Assembly: GCF_000315625.1 (NCBI RefSeq)
Contig: NW_005434670.1
Span: 480,127-544,126 of the forward strand
Length of the DNA: 64,000 bases
Reading direction: 5' to 3'
Source of the DNA: Guillardia theta CCMP2712
Lineage: Eukaryota > Protista > Cryptophyta
The notes beneath the pieces were generated by a model that saw only the letters and a program-made list of their open reading frames with translations, searched no databases and was not told the origin of the DNA. Below, one piece after another: positions 1 to 10,341 of this stretch. The position numbers and the translations under genes are program-made. Positions within the stretch are counted from its first letter, which is position 1; every line of letters starts with the position of its first letter.

Positions 1-105
1 AGCCTCCTGGGAACCCAGATTTGTTTTGTGTAAAAGCATTTCTTTTTCTTGTTGTCCCTCGCTGGTCGCATCAAGAGCAGCTGATAAGAGGAGGGAGGTC
101 GAGGA

Positions 106-320
106 CGAGAGGGAGAGAGAGGGAGAGAGAGGGAGAGAGAGGGAGAGAGAGGGAGAGAGAGGGAGAGAGAGGGAGAGAGAGGGAGAGAGAGGGAGAGAGA
201 GGGAGAGAGAGGGAGAGAGAGGGAGAGACAGACAGACAGACAGACAGACAGAGAAAGAGAAAGAGAGACAGAGACAGACAGAGAGAAAGAGAGACAGAGA
301 CAGACAGACAGAGAGACAGA
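106..320. repeat. GA-rich simple repeat, (GAGGGAGAGA)n then (GACA/GAGA)n
   Basis: Direct tandem 10-mer followed by GACA/GA arrays. ORFs 21..398 and 26..379 are artefacts of it. Confidence 0.95.
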
Positions 321-503
321 AGGAGGATATCAAGCGAAGAGCGTGGCGGAGGGGAGGAATACGGAGGATATTTGCATAGGATGAAGAAGACGAGATGAGC
401 TCTGATTCGAATATGAGAGAGAAGGGAATGAAGTAAAACAGCAAAAGAGCACTGAAAGCAGCAGTCTGGAGCCCCAGCGCGGTGGGAAGACGGCGGGGCA
501 AAG

Positions 504-3500
504 ATGCGCTACGAAACGTCATGGGAGAAAACCAAGCAAGGCGGCAGAGCAACCAGCAATGGAGAACGGCAACCGTCAAGATCCGGTCTCTCCTATGCCG
601 CGACATCTGCCTGGGCTCTGGTCTTGCTGCTATCGCCTGCTTTCTTGCACGAGATTACAGCGATGAAGCCGATCGGCGTCAGGTTCAAGGTGCTGTGACA
701 TGCGCTGTGATGAGAGGGAGTGAAGGAGCTTCAGGGTGGCGAAAGGAAGGCAGGAGTCCTTCAGTCGCTCATTCACGTGATCTCACAGCGAAATTTCAAG
801 AGGAGGATACGCAGCCATGGGCCGCATCTGCTGCCCGAGAGACTTCGACTTCGGGGGTCGGGGGATGATGACGGTGAATGTTTGAGAGGGAGTAGCTCCT
901 CTTACGATACCGCAGTCGATCTCTTCGAGGGACTGATGGAGTCACAAGGCAGTCACGAGTTCCTCGGGGAAGCTTTTCGAAATGGCACGGAGAGCATTAA
1001 GGAGCAGGCTGTGGGGTATATGTCTATCATGATGCAGGAGTATCGCTTCTTTGGTCGATTCACCGCAAAGAAGCTGCTGTCAAGTATTTCAATGACGTGA
1101 ACTCCCAAAGATTGTTGCTCATCATACCCCGCAGCCGCGAACATGTTCCCAGTATTGTTTGAAGCGAGCATTGAGTAACGCAGCGGGCGATTGTTTTATT
1201 CCTGCTCACTGATTTTTTGCGATGCAGCAAAATGCTGGAAGACAAGAAGCAGTTCTCTGAATCTTTTCTAGCGGTAAAAGTTTTCAACACCTCACTGTTG
1301 AACTTCTGCTCATCCTTACCTCAGGTCCTAGAAGACCTGCCCAACACCATCAGCGACTGGATCAGCCAGTACCTGGTCGCTGGACCATGGTTCAAGACTG
1401 CAACGAGATCTGTGCGACCATGTTTGAGGCCACCCGGCGCTTTTTTGACTTGCCTCGGCAGGAGTACAACACTCAGTTCATTCATGAGGCGGTGTTCAAG
1501 TTGTTTGGGCCCGAGCAGCTGCGCAGGTGAAGCTCCTCCTCCTCCAGCTTGCAGAGGTGACGAGAGGTCCCCAGGCACCTGCTGGGATCAAACTTGTGGA
1601 GCAGCAGAGATCTGACAGACACGCTGCTGGGATCTTTCATCAGGTCTGAGAGCTTCCTATTGCTTCTTCGTGGTGACCTATCTTATTCTCAGATTCTCCG
1701 TGACGGATGCGGTCGCCAATAACGAGGATTATAGGAAACGCCTGTTTGGTCAGAGCGACCTGACTGTATCAGAGCAACTGCACTGCATTGGCTATCGTAA
1801 CACTCGTTCTTGACCTAGGTACTGGAAACCATGGTGCTTTCAGAGTCGAACAACGTGTCGACAAATTGTGAGGAAATTTTGGTAGTTGACAATTCATTTG
1901 ATTGCGATGCACCTCTGAGATATTCTCGCAGAAAGAAAATGCGGCGTTGTTTCAGTCTTTCTTGCAATACTTACCAAATGTACACTTGCCTTCATTTGGA
2001 TAAGATGTCACTTGACGCAATTCGTTGAAGGAAACTGATCAATGGATTACTTCCTTCTTGACAGAGGCGCAGAAGAGAACAACAGAAGCAGCCAAAATGT
2101 GACAGGGATGAACCCTCTGCTTTATTGGTTGACATTCCGAATTTATCAGGTTGATGTTGGATACTCCTGTGGTGACGGTCAGATCAAGTCCGCGAGGATT
2201 TCATCCTACTTATCGTCTTCTTTCTGCCACAGGATGCAGCAGCGTTGAATTTCCTCGACCTGATGCTGAGAAGCCACGAGATTATCAAGAACAAGAGGAA
2301 ATTCGGGTACTTATCTCTCCAACAGGCTTGCAACAAAAACGTTGACTGGACCCGCAGAGATCTTCGCTTGAGAGACACAACAGAAACATTCAGTGAGCGA
2401 GGACTTGCACAGCCATGGCGGCTTGCCAATGTGAGAAACTTTTGCAGACGATCAGGAGGAAGAGATAAAGGGCGTGATTGATTGGTCGTACTGCTATGAT
2501 AAGGTGAAGAGCAGAATTTCTTCAAGAGCCTTCGCTCCTTAATCACAATTGCAGAACCACAATTTGTTCTCAAAATCCAATCCTCTCTTTCACTCGGTAT
2601 GCTTCTGATAGGCCACGCCCGCCTGTCTGAATGTTTGACAGGATTCAACTGACGAACAAGAGAATATGACGTCCAGCAGTCAAGCTAAAAATGTTTCGCA
2701 AGGTCACGAAAGCTTCACGTCCACCCGATCTCACGTTTGTTGCTGGTGCTCAGAAACGCTCTTCTTCTTCAGAAGCCTTGCTGCCCTCGAATCAGCAGAC
2801 ATCCTGTTAGTGCTGTCGTCATGTGTCGGCCAGTCCTGAATGTTATGATTCAAGGCAATCAGAGTCCTTCGCCAGATATCAGAGCTTGCGAGGGGTTTTG
2901 ACAAAGATCTTTCGATCATGGCATTCAGGGGTTGTAGTGCCTCTATCGGAGTTGTTGTTTTGATGACACGGGAGTCGTGCAGAACAGCTCAGCGATCGAG
3001 TCCTTCTCGGAGAAGAAGCAGTTGATGTTCGAACAAGTCTGTTCTACTCCCCTCTTCTTCCAAGTTCTGATCGAAGTTGTGCAGACTGGCTATCAATCCA
3101 TGCATAAAAACGTCTATTTCTCCTTCCGGCATGTTCCTCCCTCTCCCTTCATTGTCTCTCTCTCTTCTCTTTGTGCATTGATGGCCAGGACGCTTCCTTT
3201 GCTCTTGTGTTCATTCTCTGCACCCTCTTCCGCTCCCCAGCCTTTTTTCGATAGTTGTGTTTACAAGCCTTGAGCAGACTGTTGAAGTTTTGTCAATATG
3301 CCATGAGGATTGCGTTGTTACAGGTATTTCTTTTGCTTGACATCTTTCTTTTTCCCGCTGTCTTCCATGTGGAAGTCTGACTTACTTGCAGAGTGATGAG
3401 GACTTGAGCAAGACACCCGAAAACATCGTAAGTGCCACCAGACATCCAGCTGAACTCTCTCAAGTCACTCGTGACTTCTCGAAGCCATTTTCCTCTTCTT

Positions 3501-6500
3501 GCAAGCGCAATCATCTGACGCGGAGCTCTAGATCTATGCTCTCTGCGACGGCACTCGCCTCTGTGGGCTGATGTTTCCCAAGCTGAATATCCTTGTGATG
3601 CACCTGCAATTCCTGGTCCTTCCTGATCGTTTCGCAGATCCATCAAGAAGGGCTGGATACCATCTTCTCCTTTCTCTCCCGCTTGGCCTTCAACCCGAAG
3701 CTCGTGAGCTCTGCTGCTGCTATCCGCGACCTGACGAGCCACGAGGTGTCCAACATCTACAACCGCGCCGCTATCGTTCGCGTCCTCTATGGTTTCATCC
3801 CCGTGAAGATGGCCGTTGACATCGGGGGACCGGCCGTGACCTTATTGGATGGAGTGACCATGGTGAGTAAGGGCGAGGAGGGCGGAGAAGAGCCAAGAGG
3901 AGTAGAGGAGAATTGAAGAAGGATCGGGACGAGAGGAGGAGCAAGGGGAGGGAGGGAAGCGAGGGCACTTGTTCACTTGCTCTCTCCAGGGCCGGGCGAA
4001 GTTGATGCCGATGCTGATGCGCCACTTTGTGGACTTGGAGGCGCTGGGATCAGACGACATGTGAACTTGACTCGTTGCTGAGACGAAGTGACTCCCCCGC
4101 AGCAACAGCAACAGGAAGTTCGGCTACCGCACGCACGTGCTCGTCCTCATGGACTATCTGTGAGGCCACGGGGAGGAGCGAGGGCTGGCTGACGAGGCTC
4201 AGGTGGGAGAACGAAGGGAAGTTCCATCAGGACATGTTTGCTGCGCATGTGCAAGAGAACCCGATGGACTTCGTTCGCTTCTATAACTCTCTCCTCAACG
4301 ACCTGAGCTTCTGCTTCGATCACGCTTTCGAGGGCATCGAGTCGATCCATCAAATGGAGACTGCCGTGCCGGATCCCAACGAGCAACCCATCGAAACCTT
4401 CCTCCGCAGGACAGAAGAGTTCTCGAGGTGAGGGGAGCCGAAGACCCTAATGTAGGAGGAGCAGAAGGAGGAGCAGGAGAGGGAGAGGGTCAGGGAGGAG
4501 TTGAGGCGGGGGCAGGAATAGAGGAGGGCGACTCTTTCTCATGTGCTCTTAGACGAGAATATTGGCAATCTCGTTGCTCGGCTCTCATGGTTTACGGGGC
4601 TGACATGCTGATGATCACGTGAGTCCTCTTGTGTCAGCCATGCGATCTCCCCCTCCTCTCTCTCTGTCTCTGTCTCTGTCTCTGCCTCTGCCTCTGTCTC
4701 TGTCTCTCTCTGTCTCTGTCTCTGTCTCTCTTTCTCTCTCTCTGCCTTTCACTCCCTCCTCTTCTCCCTTCTCTCTCCCTCCTCTTCTCATGGTCATCTT
4801 CTCCGTGCCAACTCTTTTTGCTAGTGATCTGAACGACTTTTCAGCAAGAGATTCATTGACAGGAAGAGTGACGCGTTTCTATCTGAGCACTTGGTGGAAA
4901 GAATTGCATGTAACAAGCTTAATTTTCCTCCTCCAACCTCCTTTCTATTCTATTCCCTTTTTCTTCTGTCCTCCTCCTATTACATTTCTTCCAACACGAA
5001 GCTTTTTCCCACCTTCTCCTGACAACTCTCCGGTCCTCTTACTTTCCTCCTCTTCCCCCCCCNNNNNNNNNNNNNNNNNNNNNNNNNNNNNNNNNNNNNN
5101 NNNNNNNNNNNNNNNNNNNNNNNNNNNNNNNNNNNNNNNNNNNNNNNNNNNNNNNNNNNNNNTAAAACCAGAAACTTTCTACCATTTTTCCAAAGAACAC
5201 TCCAGGTTCTTTTCTTAACTTTTTACACCCCCCCCCCCACCCCCCCCCCTCTCTTCCTCCTTTCTTCCTCCCCCTCTCCATGTCTTTTCCTCCCTTTCAC
5301 CTCCCTCTCTGACGTCTACTCAGCCTTCATGGTGAGAATGGTCGACCGGCTTGTCGGTCAGTCCTGCAGCAAGTTGAAGATCAAGGACCCGAAGGCCTTC
5401 TGCTTTGAGCCTCGTCACATCCTGACCCTCTCGTTGAGGTGCATAACCTGTTTGTGCACCATGCGTGTCTCAACGCAGGCAGGTCCCTGCTGGCCATGAG
5501 CGCACACGAGAAGTTTCTTGCCGTCTTTGTGAAGGACCCGCAGCTGCTCAACGAGAAGCTCTTCTTCAAGACTTGTACGTCCCTTCCCCTCCCCCTCGCC
5601 TTCCCTTCCTCTCTCCCTCTCTCTTCTTCAAGACTTGTACGTCCCTTCCCCTCCCCCTCTCCTCTGCTTTCCTCTTCTCCAAGACTCATCTATCCCTTCC
5701 CATCTTGCCGCTTCTTTCCTTCTCCTTGTTCTTCCTTCCCTCTTCTCACTCAGTTCACTTCGCCTTCCCCTCGTCGCACATGCGCCTCTTTCCCATGTGA
5801 GTCGCAGCTGAAAAGCCTCTCAGGCGATCTCTTGTCCAAGAAGAGCGTGCTGAGTGAGGAGGAGAGGAGGAAATTCCAGGAGATCTGGGGGAAGATCGCA
5901 AGTCTCTCAGAGGAGCAGGTAGACCTCCTGACAGGGGAGGAGGTGGAGGAGACGCAAGGGAACGGGACTGAAGTCTCCTGTGGCAGATGGACGAGGACGT
6001 GCTGATCGATGGGGCGGATGAAGAGTTTTTGGATCCCCTGATGCAGGCAGAGGGTGGGAGAGGTCAAGAGCTGAGAGACTGATGCGAGTGGTAGACCCTC
6101 ATGGTCGACCCCGTCCGTCTGCCTTCCTCGGGAATCATCGCTGACCGCGTCGTCATCACCCGGCACCTCCTCACGGATCCCCACGACCCCTTCAACCGCG
6201 CTCCTCTGACCGGTACCTCATGCTGCGCATGCGTGCTGCTGGAGCAGTTGAGAGCAAGCGCAGAGGAGCAGCTCGTCCCGCAAGAGGCTCTGAAACAGAA
6301 GATCGGAGAGTACAGGTGCGTTGACGGCAAGGAGACAAAGCACAGGAGGAGGCAGGCAGGCAGGCAGGAAGGCAGGAGGCTGGCAGGCAGGAAGGCAGGA
6401 GGCTGGCAGGCAGGAAGGCAGGGCGGGGAGGGGGAAACGGAAAAGAGCGGGGAGGCAGGAAGGGGAAGGCAAGAACGGGAGGGAGATGATCCCACATCAA

Positions 6501-7606
6501 ATTTCAGGGCTCGGAGGATCGCGGAGTGGAGAGAGCTGCGGAAGGAGCAGTCCGCGGTGAGTCACTTTGAAGGAGCACGTTGACTGGTGGTCATTCGCGT
6601 CAACAGGACGGCAAAGGCTCAAACTCTTCATCCCCCGCCGGTCGCTCGTGTGCTGGATTTGACTGGCACGCCTGACGAGTCCCCAGGAGCTGATGGCGAG
6701 CGGGAGAGCAACAAGACGACGAGCGAAGCAGTGGACCTCAACGGAACGAGGGGGAGCATGGAGAGCGACTTCGAGCTCATGACAGAATGCTCTGAAGAGC
6801 ACCGAAGACTCCGACCTATCGAAGGACAAAGGTCCGTCTCGCTCCCCCTTTTCCCTCCTCCTCCCCCCTTCCACCTCTTCCTCTCCCTTTCCTTTGCCAG
6901 TCTCATTTCTCGACTCCCGCGCTCCCATCTCTCCTTGCTCCATGTTGCTGACCTTCCACTACAGTAGGTTCGTGGAGGATGTGGATATGGACGGGATAGA
7001 AAGGGCAGAGGTTGTGGATGAGATGGAAGAAGACGAGGAAGACGAGGACGAGGAAGACGAGGACGAGGAAGACGAGGAGGACGAAGACGAGGAGGGAGAA
7101 TATGAAGTAAGAATTCAAACCTGATCTCTTTTCATCGCTTCTGATCAACGTCATCAAAAGGAATACCCAAGAGAATCAGCTGATTCAAGAAATGTAACAT
7201 TCAGAGGTAATGCAGTCAAAGTCTCATCCCTTGCTGCTCCTGCCTCCCTCCCGCTATTCCCTCCATGAGTCTCTCCCTTTTCAGTGGGACCTACTGGCAG
7301 CACAGTCAATTTCTCAGGTGACTGTCTCCTCCTCCTTCCCTCCTCACCCACGACAGATTTCCGGATGGTCTTCTTGCACAGCGACGGGTCAAAGGTCCAG
7401 CTGCCCTCCAGTTAAGGCTGACACCTTGCAGGTCGTTCAGCAACGAGACGCTGCCCTTGTTTGACTTCGCTTCCATGGGCAACATGTCTCAGATAGAGGT
7501 GAGTGGTTGAGAAAAGCGAGGGGAAGGAGGGGGCAGAGGAGATGGAAGGGTAGGGCAAGACTATGTTGAGTCTGAGAGCGAGCAGGTGGACCAGGAAGGC
7601 CATTGA
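504..7606 (+). CDS. UFD2: Ubiquitin conjugation factor E4 (Ufd2P core + U-box), multi-exon, with N-terminal presequence and acidic C-terminal extension
   Basis: Ufd2 core peptides [30 protein letters not shown] (about 4270-4360) and [25 protein letters not shown] (about 5350-5425). Spliced U-box EEFLDPLMQ|[39 protein letters not shown]|[14 protein letters not shown] (about 6020-6305). Phase-consistent exons continue to TGA at 7604-7606. Start and some middle exons are uncertain, and the gene spans the gap at 5063-5162. Confidence 0.9.
4655..4745. repeat. (TCTCTG/TC)n intronic microsatellite
   Basis: Direct reading; lies inside a long UFD2 intron. Confidence 0.9.
5063..5162. other. Assembly gap (100 N)
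   Basis: N run. Confidence 1.
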
Positions 7607-7976
7607 GGCGACTCGACGGACTAGCGCGTGGAGGTTAACAGGGAGGGGCAGGGGGAAGGAGCTCACAATGGTCCGTAGGCAGGCGTAGACTTCACGATGG
7701 GTGGGTGAAGTGCCAAGCATAACTTCTTAAGGAAGAGAGCATGTGACCATCGGACATACTCATCGATACCCCATTGCTCCTTCCTGCTTACTCCCTTGCT
7801 CCTTTCACCCTTCTCCTGCCTCTGCCTCCTCCTTTTCTTTCCTCTTCCTCTCTTCTCTTCGGCCTCCTCCGCGTCCTTTGCATCCATCATATTTTACACA
7901 ACCTGATTCTCGCAGCCCTCATATTCACATCCCCATCCCGTCGCTTCCCGTGCAGCTGACGCTTCCGCTCCCTCCG

Positions 7977-8790
7977 TCAGCGTCGCGCGGCCTGCCCCCC
8001 AGCCGGCTCTCGTACCACAGCCACGTTAACCGTCATGACGGCAGGGCCCTGAACTCGCTTGAACGCGAGCTCTACGATGGTCCCGGCAGGGCCAAGGATC
8101 TTGGGAGCGATCTTGCTCGCAGCTTGTCCTCGCACGAACTTTCCGTCCACACGATTCAGCTGATCGCCGACCTTGAGCTTCCCCGATCGCTCTGCGGGTC
8201 CTCCTGCGCTCAAGAGGGTGAGAGGCGGAAGGGATGGCGCGAGCTCCTGACCGCTTATGAAGTCCTCGATCACCATGTCCCCTGCTTCTGATATCCTGAA
8301 GACTATCCCCACACCACAGCTCTCCAAGCTGGTATGCATGCCCATCGTCTCGTCGCCCTCCTCCTTCTCTTCCACTTGCCTGTATCAGCACTCAACACCT
8401 CTCCCTTCCTCTCAAGATCACAGCCAGACCTCGAGCTGTACAGTGGCTTCACCGACCGATGCACCTTGTCCTTGTCGCTCCCTCCCTGACAGAATAGCGA
8501 TATGAGCATGGACAGGGGCAAGTAACCCTAAGCGACTTTCCTCCTCCATGAGCCCTTTCTTCGAATGTGATTGTTCGTTCTCTTGCCCTTCCTCCTCAAA
8601 TTGGCTCCCTGATGCCCTTCATTGATCGACTCCTCCCCTCCCCAACTTCCCCGATTCCCCTCCTGCTCCTTCTCCTTCTCCTTCTCCTCCTTCTCCTCCT
8701 TCTCCTTCTCCTTCTCCTCCTCTTCCTCCTCCTTCACCTTCGAACTTTCTCCGCCTCTCGCTTGGCAGCACATTCCCATGTGCATGGCAG
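7977..8790 (-). CDS. Small PDZ-domain protein (multi-exon; start uncertain)
   Basis: GVGIVFRISEAGDMVIEDFISG..GPAERSGKLKVGDQLNRVDGKFVRGQAASKIAPKILGPAGTIVELAFKR fits the PDZ pattern (G-phi-G-phi loop, GPA..SG.L..GD.I..V.G). Stop at 7977. Confidence 0.8.
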
Positions 8791-9156
8791 CGACAATTTG
8801 ACTACAGGTATGCATATAGAAAATCTTGACTACAAACCTTACGTGCACCCCGGAGTCCAGTTGACTGGGCCGGCGGCCCGCCCCGGCTCCCAATGTCGTT
8901 ACAGTTCGTTACATCACTAGCTGTGGAACCCACTACCCCTGCATGTGTTTGGTAACCCCTGACTGAGCATGATGTACCCTTTAAAATACAGGTAAGTACC
9001 CCACCATTTGATACATAATCTCAAACCCCTAGGTCTGGCTTCACAACTTGATGACCCCCTACCCAACTTGTACCAACACATCCTGGCACCCCCTCAAGTC
9101 ACAGCACCCTACCCCCTTTCTTCTATTTCCGGAGGTCGCGCCATATCGAAGGGAGC

Positions 9157-10044
9157 ATGACGCAGCCATGTCGCGGCATGGCGTCGCCGACGTCCCCCGA
9201 CCGCCAGCGATGGTTGAGGATCGCTCTCTCCACGTTCAGTGCTGCCTGCTCGGTTGCACTGATGTGTCTGTACGCTTTTGGGGGAAATTCTAACAAGCCG
9301 CAAGTAGACAGCATGTATCACATGTGGTTGGGATCAAACGGGCTGCCGTTGAGTCCGAGGAAGCAGCGAGGGCTTCTCTTCCAGTTCTGCACGACCAACT
9401 TTGTCACAGAAGCAGAGATGAGGTATTGCTATGCTCGTCTCCTCTCTGTCGGCAATCCTAGTGGGCCTGTCAAGTACTCGGGGCAACCACAGTATGATTC
9501 AGAGCAGGTCGTTTCGCCTCTGTTTACTTTCGCTGCTCCGCCGATGGCAGAAGCTGGGGAGAGCAGCGGTGAAAGTTCAGGAGGAGCGCAGGAGAAGAGC
9601 AGCAGCAGCCAGCAACTCTTCCAAGCTCCTAAGGCTCACCCGAGCGCCGCTCCCAAGCACCGACTTTCTCAGTTATCGGCGACGGACAAGGCGCTTGCAA
9701 GAGCATACGAGCAGGGGTTTGAAGCTGCACTGCATGCTAGAGAGGCAAACTCGCGAAAAGTCGGGGCGGAGAAAGTGACGCCGAAGCAGAAGCAGATGGT
9801 TGTGCGTCCTGTGAGCTTGGGGGCAGCGGCTGAGACCAGCCCTGCGAACGAATGGTCAGCGTTTGAGTCGTTGGAGAACCGGTACAAGAAGATGCAGCTG
9901 CATGCGGCTGCGATGAACAAGAAGCAGCAGCAGATGGCCGTCAAGAATGTGCGGTTGGAGAAGAGCCGCGCACAGAAGGCAGCCATGAAGGCGGAGCTCC
10001 ACCAGGGCCCATGGTTTTCCCGATCCAAGGATCTGGCGATCTGA
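9157..10044 (+). CDS. Intronless 295-aa protein with N-terminal transmembrane anchor (type II-like), unknown function
   Basis: Long ORF; hydrophobic segment IALSTFSAACSVALMCLYAF, a Cys pair, then an Ala/Lys/Gln-rich helical tail. Confidence 0.65.
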   Translation: MTQPCRGMASPTSPDRQRWLRIALSTFSAACSVALMCLYAFGGNSNKPQVDSMYHMWLGSNGLPLSPRKQRGLLFQFCTTNFVTEAEMRYCYARLLSVGNPSGPVKYSGQPQYDSEQVVSPLFTFAAPPMAEAGESSGESSGGAQEKSSSSQQLFQAPKAHPSAAPKHRLSQLSATDKALARAYEQGFEAALHAREANSRKVGAEKVTPKQKQMVVRPVSLGAAAETSPANEWSAFESLENRYKKMQLHAAAMNKKQQQMAVKNVRLEKSRAQKAAMKAELHQGPWFSRSKDLAI

Positions 10045-10341
10045 AGCCCGGACGCTGCACTCAAGTTTTTACAAGACTGACGGGAACTCAGACTGCCCTC
10101 GAAGTCTTTCAACGGCAAAACATGACCTCGGCTCCCTAGTCTCGCAATACATGATCGGGCCCTACGACTGTGCATCGTTCAGACATTGGAGCCTAGTCAC
10201 TCGAATACTTTGTTACAAAATTAAATGAACATTACATGGAAACATCGATGTAAACACGAACATTGTGGAGAAGATTCCAAATTCTCCTGATTCTGCAGCG
10301 TTGCAACCCATGTTCATGGCTACGATCAATATGTTGGAATT

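Noticed and set aside
106-320. Telomere (including nucleomorph-type AG-rich repeat) or RE-rich protein
   Set aside because: Internal position, unit differs, and it grades into GACA microsatellite; the ORFs are repeat translations.
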